Positions 11,956 through 25,700 of a stretch of DNA of 64,000 nucleotides are shown here, one piece after another. The DNA comes from Raillietiella orientalis (lineage: Eukaryota). The DNA is taken from the NCBI GenBank assembly GCA_036172245.1, contig JAYWIR010000041.1, positions 1,054,001 through 1,118,000 of the forward strand, in the 5' to 3' direction. The first letter of the stretch is position 1. Each line of letters opens with the position of its first letter. The notes below the pieces were generated by a model. That model did not search any database and was not told the DNA's origin. It saw only the letters and a program-made list of their open reading frames with translations. A program made the position numbers and the translations under genes.

Positions 11956-12339
11956 TGCGTTCGGATTTAGGGCGCATTCGCGTGGATCAAGGCGAAGAAT
12001 GTGTTGAACAGCAAGGGATGTCCGTTCAGAGGCGCACATGTGAACTGTTCCGCATTCGAACCATCGGCTGCTCTTATCGATGCAAAAGATCCCTCAATGT
12101 TTGCACAAGAACGCTCTGGGAAGACTCGAAGATTACGCCATATTCAGCTCCACTACTACACGCGGAGCTCGCCCGAGTGGTGTTGCATCATCCCGGCTTC
12201 ACGTCAAAGAAAACTGTAGCTTCCCTAGAACTTTGACGAGGTACTGCAAATTGTCAGGTTGCCACAGTAACCGGCGCAACCTGGATATCCTCTCAGTTCT
12301 TTTTTTGATCTTAGTTAACGTCAGTCGCATCCACTGAAT

Positions 12340-13330
12340 GTGAGGAGTCTGAACAGGACAGGCTTTCGGCTATCCCTTCTTTTGTGTCCAGCGTCTCGTT
12401 GGGGTTCTTCTGGCTTGAGCCTCTCGAGCTGGCAGCTGCTCCTGCTACTGACGAGAATCACACACTACCCACGCGTTCTGCTCAGGACCTTTCGTCACCC
12501 TAGCGCGCGCTCGTGTGACGAATGCATGAGGACGAGCGACGCTTCCTTCGGCCTGCATAGGATAGCCTTTGAAGCGGCAGGCACGTCTCCTGAGGCGCGC
12601 TTGGGGACCTCGGGTGAGCAGGAGAAGGACGCAGTGGCGAGAGGACTGGGGATGCCGTAGGCGAAGGAGTACATCGGGGGGGGGGCAAGACATGGAGGTC
12701 CGGATCATCCAGCCTTTCGGAGATGCGCGCCAACTGCCGTCATGAAGGAATTCCGACGTGAGGGCGAATTCGAAGAGAGCAGGGCAGGATGCGAGGGTGG
12801 GTGAAACTGCCCCATTCACTTGTCTGCAATCCCCACATCACCCCCATTTCAGAGTGGCTGCGAACAAAGCGGGAACGTCAAACATGAGGTGTGTGCGAAG
12901 CAGCAAGCTCGCCACGCTCCCAGAGTGGAGGTGGCTTTGCAGCCTCAGAGGTGGGCCGACTCCGGGAGAAGTTTGGTTTCCTGGAGCGGCTATATGGGGA
13001 CGAGGTCCTTTCAGGAGGATTTTAGGGCAGAAATCGTGCCTTGCGGGTTCTAGGAAGAAGAGCGACGCGCGTCTTCAGGAGAAGGAGAGCTCTTGAACGC
13101 GCCGTTTTTCCTCCCTCCCTTCTTTGTGATCCTGCGGCTGCCTTCGGTACGAAGAGAGTGGAGGACGAGAGGAAGATGGGACGGAATCTCTGTACGCTGG
13201 GGCAGGATGCGCCTGAATGTGATAGAGGCACTGGTCGAAGGTAAACCAAAAGAAGGTTCAAAGTGGCTTGCGGTCGTCCACTTGGAAGGTCGTGAGCTTC
13301 CTGTGAAGGTGTTGTGCTTCATTCTTGGTG
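12340..13330 (+). mobile_element. ORF1 (gag-like) fragment of Tx1-like element
   Basis: 'VVHLEGRELPVKVLCF' resembles 'TLHTEGKRVDLCFVG', which precedes the CCHC knuckle at ~20800. GC-rich and frame-broken. Confidence 0.4.
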
Positions 13331-13949
13331 TAATATGCATACATTTAAGTAAATGATAATCAGTTAATTAAAAGATTCGATCTTGGGTAATGGAAGGTGA
13401 ATGACTTACAGCTTGTCCGCGTCGAGTGCAGCTTCGCGGTGTGACGTCAGAGCGCACGATCAGCATGTCGACCAACAAGTGCAACCCATAAATGCAGGAC
13501 AAGCGACTCGGTCTGCGGAGGAGCAGCCGGCAGGCGTATTTTGAGTGGCTCATCCCGTATCACAGTGAACTTCAGGAGATGCGAAAAGCGGCCGATTCGG
13601 AGGTTATGAAATTCAGCTGCAAGGAAATGAACGCAACGCCTCTCCCTCCATGGATCCTCGCTCCATGCGGACGGATTGCCAGCTGTTCGCGTCCAGAACC
13701 TTTCTTTTTCGGCGCGGAGGTACGCGCTTCTCTGTTTGCGAAGATTATATTGACTCCCTGCGACGACGCAGAGGCGTTTACGTACACATAGAAGCAAACG
13801 TTTTCGCAGCATTCTTGCAGAACAAACAGGGTGCTGCGACAAACAGCCGACTCAAGGGAGAAAGATACCAGGCGAGGGGCACCGAGGGAGGACGACGATA
13901 TAAATTACGAAATGAAGCTTTCCCTGGAGGGAGTAAGGAGCGAGAGGGT

Positions 13950-15450
13950 TTCCACTGGATTCCTACCCTTACGTAGTTCGACACGACGGAAGCGGCCGTC
14001 GAAGTCTGGAGGTCCAGGCGCGACCAGCCAGGACTCAAGAACTCCTCGAGGCTGAGGGAGCGCCAGCCCAATGGCTGCTTCCCGCCTACAGGGAACGGCT
14101 CCAGCACGGAACGGAACGACGTGATCCCGGCGCATGAAGCCACAGAATTTGCGATCACCTCACCGGAAGAGAGGCCCTCTTTCTTGCCAGGGACCTCCAC
14201 GGTATTCCACGGGGAACGTCTTCCGGGAGGAGCAGAGACCTGCCAGCCAAGACGCCCCCAGCTCTCGGGCTCTCTGAAGTCCGACGCGGTCCTGCAATGC
14301 GGGCGCATAGGCTGCATGAAGGGGAAGCTGACGCGGGCCCACAGACGTGCGACTCCTCCTCGCATTGTTCGAGAGCACCCACTGCAAAAAGGGGATCGTG
14401 ACGCTTCGGAGTTTGAGGGACGGCGTCGGTCCCACTCACACTGGGGGGGATGCAAGGCCTTGAGAGTATTTGCCTAGCAGGCCAGCACAGTCCCCAACCC
14501 TTCCTCTCGGCAGCGCAGCGTCGCACAGGTTGCCAACGTTCCGGCTTTCAGGACTGCCAGCGGACCGAGGTCTCCACCGCGTTGCAGGTCACCCTCCTCT
14601 TCCTCGGCAAGAAGGCTGCCAAGAGAGTCCTGCAAGCACAGCTCCCTCGGCCCCCCACGACTCGGCTCCTAAGGTTGTTTTTTTAGGAGCGCGGAGGGAG
14701 CACCGGTCTCCGGGAGCAACGATTTCTAGGTGTGCCCCAGTGTGATGTTCTCGTTGCTAATCCCGGAGGCTCGCAAGGAGGCACGAGATCCTCAAATCAA
14801 ACTGTACAGCTGTTTGGGCAGAAAGCCTAGAACTCCGAATCCTCGGCGGAGACTTCTGCTGCGAAGGAAGGCGTGACCTTTGCTGTCCTCTACCTTAGCT
14901 AGCAGCTTCCAAACTGAACGACACCAACGTCCGTTTCAATGATCCCTGGGTGACCTCTGTCTCCGGAACAGGAGCTGGCGCTCGATCACCTTCAGCGAGA
15001 GTAGACTCTCCGACCTCAGCGACTCCTTTCAGGGGAGCTCGTGACCTCTTTGCATCCCGCAGAACTTTACGTAGCAGATGGTCTTGCATCAGAATAGAAA
15101 AGAGACAGAGGCATCCCAGGTAAAGGCTCTCCTTGTCATCAAGAACCTGGCGTCCAGAAACGGAGCCGGCTACCACTTTAATCCCTCGTGGAAGCCGGAC
15201 CACGCTTCCAACGGGTGAAAGTCCTCTGGGGGGCTCACCCAAGTACTTGAGCCTCCCCGGGAATGTCCACCGGGTCTCGTCTGGCCTCCCCACCCACGCC
15301 GAGGCTGCTGAGACGACCACGAACACGTGCTTGTGGCCTGATGAGCTCGATCCTCCGAGAGCCAGGTCAGAGAACACCCCGAGCCCAAAGGGTAGACCAC
15401 GGTAGCGGAAGAAGCAGGTCATCTGGGTATGCCACCACTGCCGGTTAAAC
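13950..15450 (-). mobile_element. Tx1-like ORF2 fragment (RT domains 5-7 and C-terminus)
   Basis: Minus strand 'VAYPDDLL' (YADD box, ~15410-15435), 'RLKYLG' (~15237-15255) and 'LRKVLRDAKRSR', matching 'LRKALWGTQRSR' at ~28190. Confidence 0.75.
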
Positions 15451-15679
15451 AGACAGAAGGTGGGTAAAGATCCCAGGGTTAACGACTGCGACTTTAGGTC
15501 TAGCTCGATCCGACGTCAGAAATCTTCTGCTGTCCATGTCTATCCTGGTGGACTCACTCGACGCTTTCTTGCAGTTCATCTGGTCACAACAAGCCGTTTG
15601 TTGTAAATCCATATCCACAAAAGAACAGCAACAAAAGAGAAAGAAAAAGCCATCCCTCCGTAGAGGAATCACAAATACC

Positions 15680-16600
15680 ACTTCGTCAGCACAAGTCTAG
15701 AAGGCTGCACTGATCGTGCTGCAGGCGAAGTTGCGCCACGCGCGAAGAGCAGCAGGCATTTCGGGTTGTTCATCGGAGGCTTTCGGTCTGTTCACGAACA
15801 GGAGGAAGAAGTCGTCGGTCGTTCCCGTTGGTGTGTCATAGGCTGGATAGCTGGACTGGACACTTGAGGATCTCCACGGAAAGGTACTTCAAGTACCTTA
15901 GCGTTCCGTTCGAGACCTCACGCCTAGAAGGAGCCTAGCCCATCTCTCTTCAAAAAGCGGTTCCTGGTCCGTCCCAAAATGCCAAGTTCTCGCCCTGAAG
16001 GGACCGACTGCGTAGAATACGGTCGTGGCCCTTCTCCGCATCAGCTTTTCTTGTTTTTGTTTTCTTCCTAAGTCCCCCGACTAGGGAAAAGTGGAGGACC
16101 GAGAAGACCCATGGGGCTTAGGGAGGCCCGAGTGCAACTTGAAGACTTGGTTGCGTCCGCGTTGAGATGGAGGACTTGACACCTTGATGCTTAAGCGACA
16201 ACCCGTAATTCGCAGACTGGATTTCGCGTTCAAGTACCAGAACACCGGCTGTTGTGTCCCTGCATGCCCCCTCGTCAAGCGGACGGCCGATTGACCACTT
16301 TGCTGGTTAGCAGCCACCGAATCTTGCGGGGTCCAGGTTCGGCAGATGGTCACCTTCGTAGTGGAGAACACTTGGACTCTTTGCCTCCCCGCGAACTGTT
16401 AGACCTGCTTACAGGAATCAGTTCAAGCGTGGGAAAAAATCCATGATTCCGGGCTCGGAGCGGTCCGAGATTCCACTCGCTTCTCGATCGCGAATAAACC
16501 CAGGAAGAGGGCTTGGAGGGTAGTCACCCCTTGGTCGCTGTGCTGTCCTTTCTACAGGAGTGTAATGCGAGCGCCACACTGACGGAATGGGAGGTCACCT
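15680..16600 (+). mobile_element. Tx1-like ORF2 fragment (RT end and post-RT)
   Basis: Plus strand 'FKYLSVPF' at ~15888-15911. 'LTTLLVS' at ~16291 matches 'LTTILVA' at ~28396. Confidence 0.65.
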
Positions 16601-16834
16601 GTGGAATTGCGGGAATAAGGAAACTCCACGGCGGCTAAAGGACGCGTCAACACAGAAAATTCTCTTCCCCCCAATAAACTTCTCTGCTGAGCAAATCTCG
16701 TCGGGATTCCCTTGGAAGACATGGAGATCCCCGCAGTGTTTACGGATGATTCCGCGTGCTCACCTTCGGATGCCAGGACGAGGCCCTGCAACTGCTCCAT
16801 AGGGCAGACCCTCTCAATGCCCGCCGATTGCACA

Positions 16835-19800
16835 GTTTCCATCCGGTGACAATGGTCCCGGCTTTTATCTTCCGCTGAGAAATAAACAAAGTGGACATCA
16901 ATCCTATGACACCACGAATCTCACATAGGAAAATAAACCACCGACTCGCAGGACGGCCTAAAGGACAGGGAGGTCGAAAGAAGGAAACCAGAAACAAATA
17001 AAGGATAGATGGATAGAGATCACTGGTTACACCGCCGTACCTTCTCCAGACTTCAGGAGATGCCGCGAGTCTTCCTTAGCTTCCTGTTTCAGATGAGGCC
17101 ATTTCGTCACATCCCTCGTCACTGAGGCAAGATGTATGGCCTTTGGTATTTGCTGACGCTCTCCTTCGTGCGCTAAGAATGGACAATCCTCCTGATGCAA
17201 TACAGGAATGCGATAGGACCTGCTTCCCCTATCGCATTCCTGTAGAAGCCCTCCAAGCGTGAAGCAGCGCTTCAGCAACTGTCTTCAGGGTGGAGCAGAC
17301 ACATCCAGGAGGCGTTTCCAAATACTCCGAAGGGAACCATAGCTCAGAAGCAGGCGCAGGATCGTGATGCTAGGTGTGGAGATAGTAAGGGGGGTTGCTG
17401 CCCCTCCTCCAGCAATGGCCGGCGATAACTGCACGGGAAACGCCGGTGCAGGAACAGCAAAGCCGCGTGCTGCCACTTGAGGGGGAACCCGGAGCTGTCC
17501 ATGAATTAGGGAGGGATTAAGAGATCCAGAGAGGAATATTCAAATATTCCTCCCAGCGGAGCAATTCCTTTGAGCGTACATTGGATGTCACCGTGGTCAG
17601 TCAACTGAACCGACGACAACCCACTCAGGAATTTCTTCGCTATTGCTATAGGGCATGAAATCTCCCGCCTTGCCAGTTGGTAATGATCGTTTCTCTCCCG
17701 CAGTGACGACAGAGCTGAGGCTATTCGAATTGTAGTGGCTCGGGCTCACTTCTTCCGGTCCCTTTCCAATTCCTCCAGGGAGACTGCACCCACACTGTGG
17801 ATGGGACGTAGCGACGTTGCATCTAAGCGCGTGATGCGGGTCCAGATGAGTCCACTGCTTCCTGTCTCCAAGCCCTGTAGTTTGCAGACGAGCAGGAGAT
17901 CCACTGATCTTCTCACAGGGCAGCGATCTTCCTCAGCGGGAACGCCAGCGCCTCCATGCGTCTCGGTTGCGAAGTCGTCACTATTCCATTGCCTCGCAAC
18001 CGACCGCGAGCCTCAGGATTTCACACTCAGGCAAAGGCATAGATGCCGCATCCAGTTCTCGGCCATCATCCCAAAGCGGAGCTGTACCTCCATCTTGCTT
18101 AATGTCAGGATATGGAGTCCTTCGTGGTGCGACCAGGTCTTTGACGTGAACCTTCGGCTTTGCTGAACCCCACAACGCTTTCTGCAGGAGGCTATTCATC
18201 GAGCCTCGCCTCGGATGGCGTGATGGAAACAAAAAGGGGCCAGAGTAAGGGGGCAACGGAGAGATTCAAAATGGTGGTCTGTTCTGGAGAGCAAAACTTG
18301 GAACGGAACCAATGCCATCTCTGCTCCTGGAGACAACTGGACCAGCTCTTGAGAGGCATAATTTCCAAGGACACACCAAGGCACACCATCGTACTGCCCA
18401 CGGGGATCCCGAAGCGGATCCAGTTGGCTGCCCTTCACTGCTACAGGAACGACCCTCGACTTCGTTCTGTTCACGCGCATGCTTGCTCCTGGAGTGAAAG
18501 CTGAAACAACTATGCCTAAGGGAACATGGGTGACAAGAGAAGAAGGTCCATCCGCGTGAGCCGACCCGGACTGTGTACAGTGGTAGGAGTATGAAAAAAT
18601 CACCAGAGTTTTCTCGTATGCATTCAGAACCAACTCGAAGACGCTGAATAGAATAGATCTTCAGCTATTCTCTTGCCTGATCCTCCTCCTCACTGGCATG
18701 ACACGTGACGGTCGCTAAAAAGGATATTTATCAGGCAGAATGCCAAGAATACTCCACAGATAGCCCAGCAAAGTGGGCGAGAATCCAGAACGTTCCACGC
18801 GGTCCAGCAGCAGCCTCTGATTCCGCTATTGAAAATGTTCTGAAGGTCGACTGAGAGCACGTAGGCTTCTGAGCTGTCCTTTTCGATGCTGGTCCCCTTG
18901 CTGTAACTGAATTGCCCGGCACTGGACAGTCAGTCTTTTGTCACCCTCTCTTGTTATAGCTGAAACCAGGACTGTGGACATGGATTTCCGTGTTTTCCCC
19001 GGGGATAGCATACGCCTGCTCCAGGTTAATCAAAGAGTCGACAACTGGCCTCAACTAAGTAATCCAGTGCTCCGAGAACTTAACATCCATGCTCATCATG
19101 ATGATTAGAAGGTCAGTCATTCAGGCTGCGTTGGTCTCCTTTAGGAGAAGGAGTGCTCTTGCTGAGTGGAACGAGGAGAGCACGTCGCCGATCTCTCGCA
19201 TGATTGTGGCTACCCTGAGCACCAGGTGGTTCAGTTTCTCTGCGAGGCATTTGAAACTCCACACTCTCCTGGTACTTTTTGCCTTTTGAGCTCCTTGATG
19301 ACCGAGAAGAACTCGCCGAGGCAGGCGCGTTCATCCATCCCAATTACGAAATCTCTCTACGGCGGTAGCAGCTGCGAGACTGCACTGCTGAGGGGCGTCT
19401 ATGCATGCAGAGAAGTGTAGATGTCCGTCTCCGAAAAACCTTTGTAAGATCAGAGCTCCCTTTTCACATCCAGGGGGTAAGCCACTCCGGATTGCCAGGG
19501 GTGACTCTCGGCCCGGGCCTTGTATTCCTCCAGATTCCTTGGATGAGCACGGAGGAAGGTTTGGAAAGCCTTGAGATATGCTTGGCCATTGTCATTTCCT
19601 CTCCGAAACCCCGAGACAGCACATGGAGGAGAAAGCTGAGGCAGAACTCACGGATGATGACCTTGAAAAGGTCTCAACCCCGGAGTTCTCGGATAGAGGT
19701 CCCATGGATCAGGTGGCTTCTGAAATCCCTTGTCTTTAAGTGTTCCATCGACATCTTCCACATGCTGGACCCTTGAACATGGAGAGAAGGCCAAATTCGG

Positions 19801-21700
19801 CACGGGGGGGGGGTCAAACAGCGACGCCTGCAACCTGTCCCTTCTGCCCACCCGCGAATGCAGGTGTCCATCGAGGAAAGCGTGGTGGATCGCGCCCTCC
19901 GCTCCTTAGTCGCGGAAAGCAGATTGGACAACTGCGTCTCAGCAAACATCCGAGGACCTTTCTCACCAGTGCACACCTCAGAGATGTAGGGGGAACATCA
20001 AAAGTTCCTTGCCACTAAGTGAACTGTACACTGTTCTACTGATTCTTAGGAAATGAGAACGAAATAATTGACGCTTTTCCTGTAGGAGGACCAAATCAAA
20101 GGACCTCAAAGAGACCCTTGATCTCGGTCTCTGGCTGTCGTCCCTCAATCCATTTACTCTCCAGTAGGTCACGAATGAGGGGTACCATGATGCTAGTCCT
20201 CCACGAGTACAGTTAAAAGTGCCAGATAACTCCTAGGTGACTGTGAAACAGGGAAAAGTTCAACCACGTGAGAGTGGCGAAATGCTTCTCGAGCAAATAA
20301 GCGGATTCAGGACTAGCTCTCCTTTCTTCTGAGGGTTCCCTGGAAACACACGGCATTTAGCTCCCTCATTCTCGCGTCCCCTCTTTCCTTCCAGTCATGG
20401 CATACACGCGTGCGGCCGCTCTCCTGATGACATCCGTCTACTGCGATGCAACCGTCTCCCGCAGCAATGGATGCTTCGGATTCTGATTCGTAGTCTCAGA
20501 ACACCGCTCTTGCCTCACGGACGCGCCTGCGACCACTCGCTGCCCAGGTCCGCGCGCGACTTGTCTTGGCCAAGGCTCCCCGGTGCTCCTGAGGCCGAGT
20601 GAACAAGCCCCGTAGCGTTGATCGAGGTGCGCAGTTCGGGTCGCACAGTTGACGTTCGCTTCCCCAACGCGACCTTAGCCCGCGCCACACGGCTCTTGGT
20701 TTCTCGGCTCTCTCGGCTTGCAGCGGCACTCCACGCTCAAGTGACTCAGCCATAGAAAACACACGTTACTTGGAGCCTATGATGTCGGTGCCCTATAACG
20801 CCGCAGTACCGACAAATTCGCGGCATCCCCACGAAACACAGGTCGACGCGTTTGCCCTCGGTGTGCAGAGTGTGCGGGATGGTGTCTGTGGCCGCAACCA
20901 TCACCCTGGCTGCGGTCGGTCCTCTATGGACTTCCTCGAAACCCTGGACGGGGCTGAGTTTTCGCCACAAAGTGTGGATGGTGAAAAATTCTGTTTCCTG
21001 AGCTTCCCATCAGACATATTTGTGGAAATTTTCTTCAGTAACGTGAGGAGGGAGCGGTGCTCCTCAATGGCAGGATCTTGGTGTGCCTCCAATAGCCAGA
21101 GGCTTCCTCGGAAGGAGTTGCGCGAGGCAAGCCCGGTGCTTCCTTTCCCTGCACAGGCATGAAGGGAACCAAATTTCCCCTTGACTCCCACACGCGAGAG
21201 TTCGCGCTCCATATCCGCTGCCACTCTCCCGAGAAGCAAGGAGGTTTACCTTCTTTATGGGAGGGGTGAATTGCAGCTCTGCGCCACATATACCGCCACC
21301 GCCACCTCCAGGAGCACATCTCTCTCAGAAGAAGCTGCCATCACGTCACTCCTTAGCCTCTCAAAGGTAGGACACGGAGTCGAAGTGCAGGTGCCACGTA
21401 GTCGCCGGTAGGTGCCAAGGAACCATCCGGACAGAACGCAGCAGCTCGCTCCATGGAACCTTCGCTTGCCATCTCCAGCAAGTTCCCATCGTTCGGTGGA
21501 CAAAATCTTCTGCGAAGTCAACACTTGTGACCCCACGGAAACCTTTCAGCGTTGCGCAACAGCAAGCCCGGGAGGGCAGCACAAGGATACTTCTTCGAAG
21601 AGGAGCGTTCGCAGAAGCATTCGAAAAAGGCGACGTCAGCGTGCGCCATCGGCACGGCACCCAACAATGCAATCTAAAAACACGTTGGGACTTCAAATCC
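16835..21700 (-). mobile_element. Degenerate near full-length L1/Tx1-like non-LTR retrotransposon (ORF1 CCHC, partly deleted EN, RT, 3' UTR)
   Basis: In order on the minus strand: 'CRYCGVIGH' (~20790), 'TYWRVNGLRD...FDLVLLQE' (20172-20080), 'WKMS' (~19755), 'KVPGECG' (~19265), 'MSMDVKVL' (~19085), 'QAYAIPG' (~19010), 'LFSVFELVL' (~18640), 'AHADG' (~18555), 'CLGVSL' (~18375). T-rich 3' UTR ends ~16835. 5' boundary approximate. Confidence 0.85.
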
Positions 21701-22799
21701 AATAAATAACATTAAGTACTCGTACAGTTTACAGTATGCAGGCTGACATGCCACAAAAAAAATAAGAGAAAATCCTCTTAATCTTCTCGCTCCTTCCATT
21801 TCAGTTGTTGGACACGACCGTGGATCCAGGGAATCGGGGAGCTCGCCTTCGTCTGCCTTGGAGAGAAAGGATGGCTCTGTCGAGAGAGAAGAACGAGCTC
21901 CATCACTCCAAGCTTCCCTCCTCATTCCGAGCATCCCGTAGCCACAGTCTAGCTCTTTCCGTTCCCCATTCAATAATCCAGGGCTGAACGCTGTGCGTCT
22001 CCGGGAGAGATGAGGTGCGGTGGCGAACGAGCAGGGGAGCGGAAAGCTCTTGCGATATTCACGGGGAACTCAGTCTCAAAGAAGAAGAGGAGAAACAAAG
22101 CAAAACGGAACCCAGAGGGCACCCTTATTCTGGGAAACAGGGAGAACATCCGGCATCTTCAGCGCGCCCGCCTCTCTCCAGCAGGCGAGGCCGGGCTTTG
22201 CAGACAACGACCTTGCGTCCTCACCTTGCTGTAGAACTGAGAACGGAGCCCGTCGACACTTGCGGCGGCTGACATCGGAGTTTGGGCGAGGAGGGAAGCA
22301 GACTGGAACATCAGCGGCAAATCTCCGTTCCAGAAGTTGGAGGCCCGTTCTTGAGAAGACTGGTGAAGCGCGTCCGAGGTCCGTGGATTTATACTGAGCG
22401 CGGAGGGCGTGTTCCTGCGAAAGGAGCAAAAGAGGGAAAAAAGTGGGAGGAGGGAGGAGGGGGAAGAAATTCCGCCGAGATAACGGATGAATAGGGTGGT
22501 TTCTCGGTTCTCACCGCAACCAACTACCAGTTGGTCAAGAAGTGGTCCACGGGTGCTCTTGAGATTCCGGCCGGCAGGTGATTGGTTGGCCTATGGATTT
22601 CGCCCGACGCTTCCCAACAGGACTTCGGACCGGTCAGTCTTTTCCTCGTTCGCAGGCGAGGCGGCCACGTTTCACCAACTAACCAGGGGACACTGAAGTG
22701 CTGCAACGCGACGGTGGATAGTGGTCAGTCCGATCACTACGGTCCCTGGCCATTGGCTTGGATTTTCCACAAACAGTGTCGTCGTCGCCGTCTCTGCCT

Positions 22800-25700
22800 T
22801 CGCCTTGCCCTCAGCCACGCTTTGTGACCTCACTTTTTCTTCCCCCCTTCCTTTTCCTCCACGTCTGGGCGGCCGGGAGACACACTGATACCCCTGTGGA
22901 GTGAGGCATTTTTCGAGGACTTCCGCCCGCGGAAAGGTCTCGTTCTCGGGATCCTCTTGAACCTGCGGACCAATCCGCGACGAGGTAATAGCTGAGCCTG
23001 GCGAAAAGTCACCCTTTCCATCTTGACAAGGATTCGTTTCCCCTTCTCCCCCCTTTTCCTCCTTTCGCAAAGGAGCATCTCCTCGCGATCGAGAAGGATC
23101 CAAAGACCTCGGACGCGCTTCGCCGGCGCGCGCAACCTCCGGGACCGCTTGAGACTAGCCTCCTTCACGGCCCTCCGACCTCAACATGTGGGTTTTTTTG
23201 AGGGGAGCTCTTTCATCCCACCTCCAGGTGATCCGGCCCGCCTGACGGACGACCTGCCAAGTCGTTCCCGCGGCGGAGCCCGCCCGGAGGAGACGGCAGA
23301 AGCCATAGCGCACCAGAAGGAAGAAGCGCGGGACTGGATCGGACGATGCTTCCGGGTGACAACCTAGGAGAAAGAGAGGTCGAGGAGCTGCTGATTTCTG
23401 GCGTGATTGCGGAGCCAGCGGTGGGGCAACAGGTGACCGCCCGTGGGAGCGGGAAGGGGTTGAGAGAGGAAGAAGGAAACGGGGAGGTTGTCCGCCGAGC
23501 AAGGCGCCAGAGAATGAGCCTGGTCGCTGAAGCATTGTGCCACGGAGCCATCGGACGTAGTTCAAGAGGAGCCATGGGTCAGCTGACCCCATAGCAGCCC
23601 CCCCAGCCCTTGATACGGCTCACCTAAGATGGGCAGATCCCAAAGAGGCGAAAGTCGAAGCGCCGGAAGAACTTCGGCGATGCCCACGCAGCCCCCTTCC
23701 GATCCCTCCCGACATGTGGGGCGAAGTGGGGGGTCTTTCTTCGTCTGGGTTCCCTACTGCGCTCCCCTGCAGGTACGCTTGTGCCTCGGCGCTCCGACCG
23801 CCGGAGCGCGCGATTTGCCCTCCGCTTTGTCCCTCCCTCCCTCCGAGAACCGAGCGGCGCCGCAGGATCTCCGGGAGCGCGTCCCGGAATCGGCGGCGCC
23901 GCGGTGACTCCGCGGAATTTCAATACGAGTCAAGAGATTGAAAATCGATCGCTTCTCGCGCAGCCATCCGTCTTGGTTTCTCCCGGCTGGAGGGAGGATT
24001 CATCTTCCTGTCGCAACACATTAATTTCCCTTTGTGGGAGGATAGGGGAAGGGGTTCCCGTGATCGGGAGTTCTCGGAGGAGAAGGAGGCAGGCCTCCTC
24101 TCTCTTCTCAGAGACAGCAACGGCGGGGTGGACTCCGTGTCCTCCTAACTCCCCATGGGAAAGAGCATCCTGTACAACCAGCTCGGGACGCGTGCACTGC
24201 AAGAGGTCCAAAGCCGCTTCTCCGCGTGGCTCGCAGCCACTCCAGCTCAGCAGCAGCCTCTCACCCTCCCCTCTTCCCCTCTCCCCAATAGAAGACCCAA
24301 ACACGCAGTGTTCCAGAAATGTCCAAAGGTGCCACAGGACCTTCCAATACATTGCCAGCCTCCTGGAAGACGGAATCCCGACTTTTCCCTACCCCTACAC
24401 GACGGCTGATGACGCAATCTTCCTGGCACGAAAGCAGCACCCGAAGTCCCTATTCTTTGAAAGATTCCAGGCCTGCGCGAAGACATGCAAGGGTGGGAGG
24501 CAAGTCTCAGCTTCCCACTGCTTCCTCGACCTGTCCACATGCGTGGCTGCAGGAAGAGAGCTGCTCCGTCGCTGGTGCTCAAGAGTGGGTTGTCCACGTG
24601 AAGGCTTTCCGCTCAACACCCGAAGTCTTCGCCCTCGGCCAAACCTCGCCCGTGCGCCCCTGTTACGACGGCCTAAAGGTTGATGACTTCTTGCCGAGTC
24701 TACTGCGCAGGTCTGTCCTCACAGGATGCGTCCTTGCCGCTGCATCCAGAGGATGTCTCTAGTGCATTCGACTCCAGACTACGACATCATTCCGCTGAGA
24801 TGCTCAATGTGAGTTCAGGGAACTTCTACGCCTTGCAGGACATCGCAGTTCATGGGACTCCAGAATGCAACGTCGCACAACCTCCTCACGGTCACTGAGA
24901 CTTCATATCTCGAACGGGACCGTAGCCGGAGGGGATGTTAGTTGCCGACTCAACTATTCACGGGATGGAGATGAAGGGAGCCTGGCTCAAGGCGCTCTTC
25001 CTCGTCTAAAGTGAAGGGCAGCCAGACAGCAGCGAGGACGGTGGAGAGTCCCGTGGTTATCGGTTCAACGCCTTCCGGCGCGTCGTTTGAGAAACGCAAG
25101 AATGATGCTCCATGGTGGTTTGAGGTGTACGCTGTGGAATCCCCTGGTCATCGGTTGGACGCCTTTCGGCGCTTAATAGTATGAGCAAGAATGAGGAAAT
25201 CTCTTGGCGACCTCATGGAGCGCTGGCGCTGTGGTCTGGAGCGGACTGCATGCTCTGAATGTGATGACGCGGGTCCCTCTCCCCGAGCATAAAGTATTCA
25301 TTTTAGTTTTTTGGACGCCGTCCAGGAGAGCTCTTTGAAAGTTCCTTTTTCAGTGGGAACGTCATCAAATGGAATCAGTGCGGACGAGTGCCAGGGATTT
25401 TATAGCAAGCATGGAACAGATGGGAGACGGGAACGGATTGACTTTCATCATTCTGGACAAGTTCGCAAGCGAGAGACGAAGACAGAAGTTTTTGGAGAGA
25501 ACCGAAGTGAGTCGGACGCTATTTCTGAGGCTGACTAAGGGATCTCAGGGTGGAAGATTCCTTACTGGTTCTTGGACTCCTTCCTCCTCCCAGGAATCGG
25601 CAATTTAGCTTGCCAGTCTCTTCTGATTAAGAGGAATCGAGCATAGCTGGGAAATGAGATTTCTGGCTCGAATGTCTCGAACCTCGAATCTGATGGAGCC

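Noticed and set aside
23781..24683. 300-aa ORF as a host gene
   Set aside because: Low-complexity GC-rich frame within the ORF1 region of the decayed retrotransposon.
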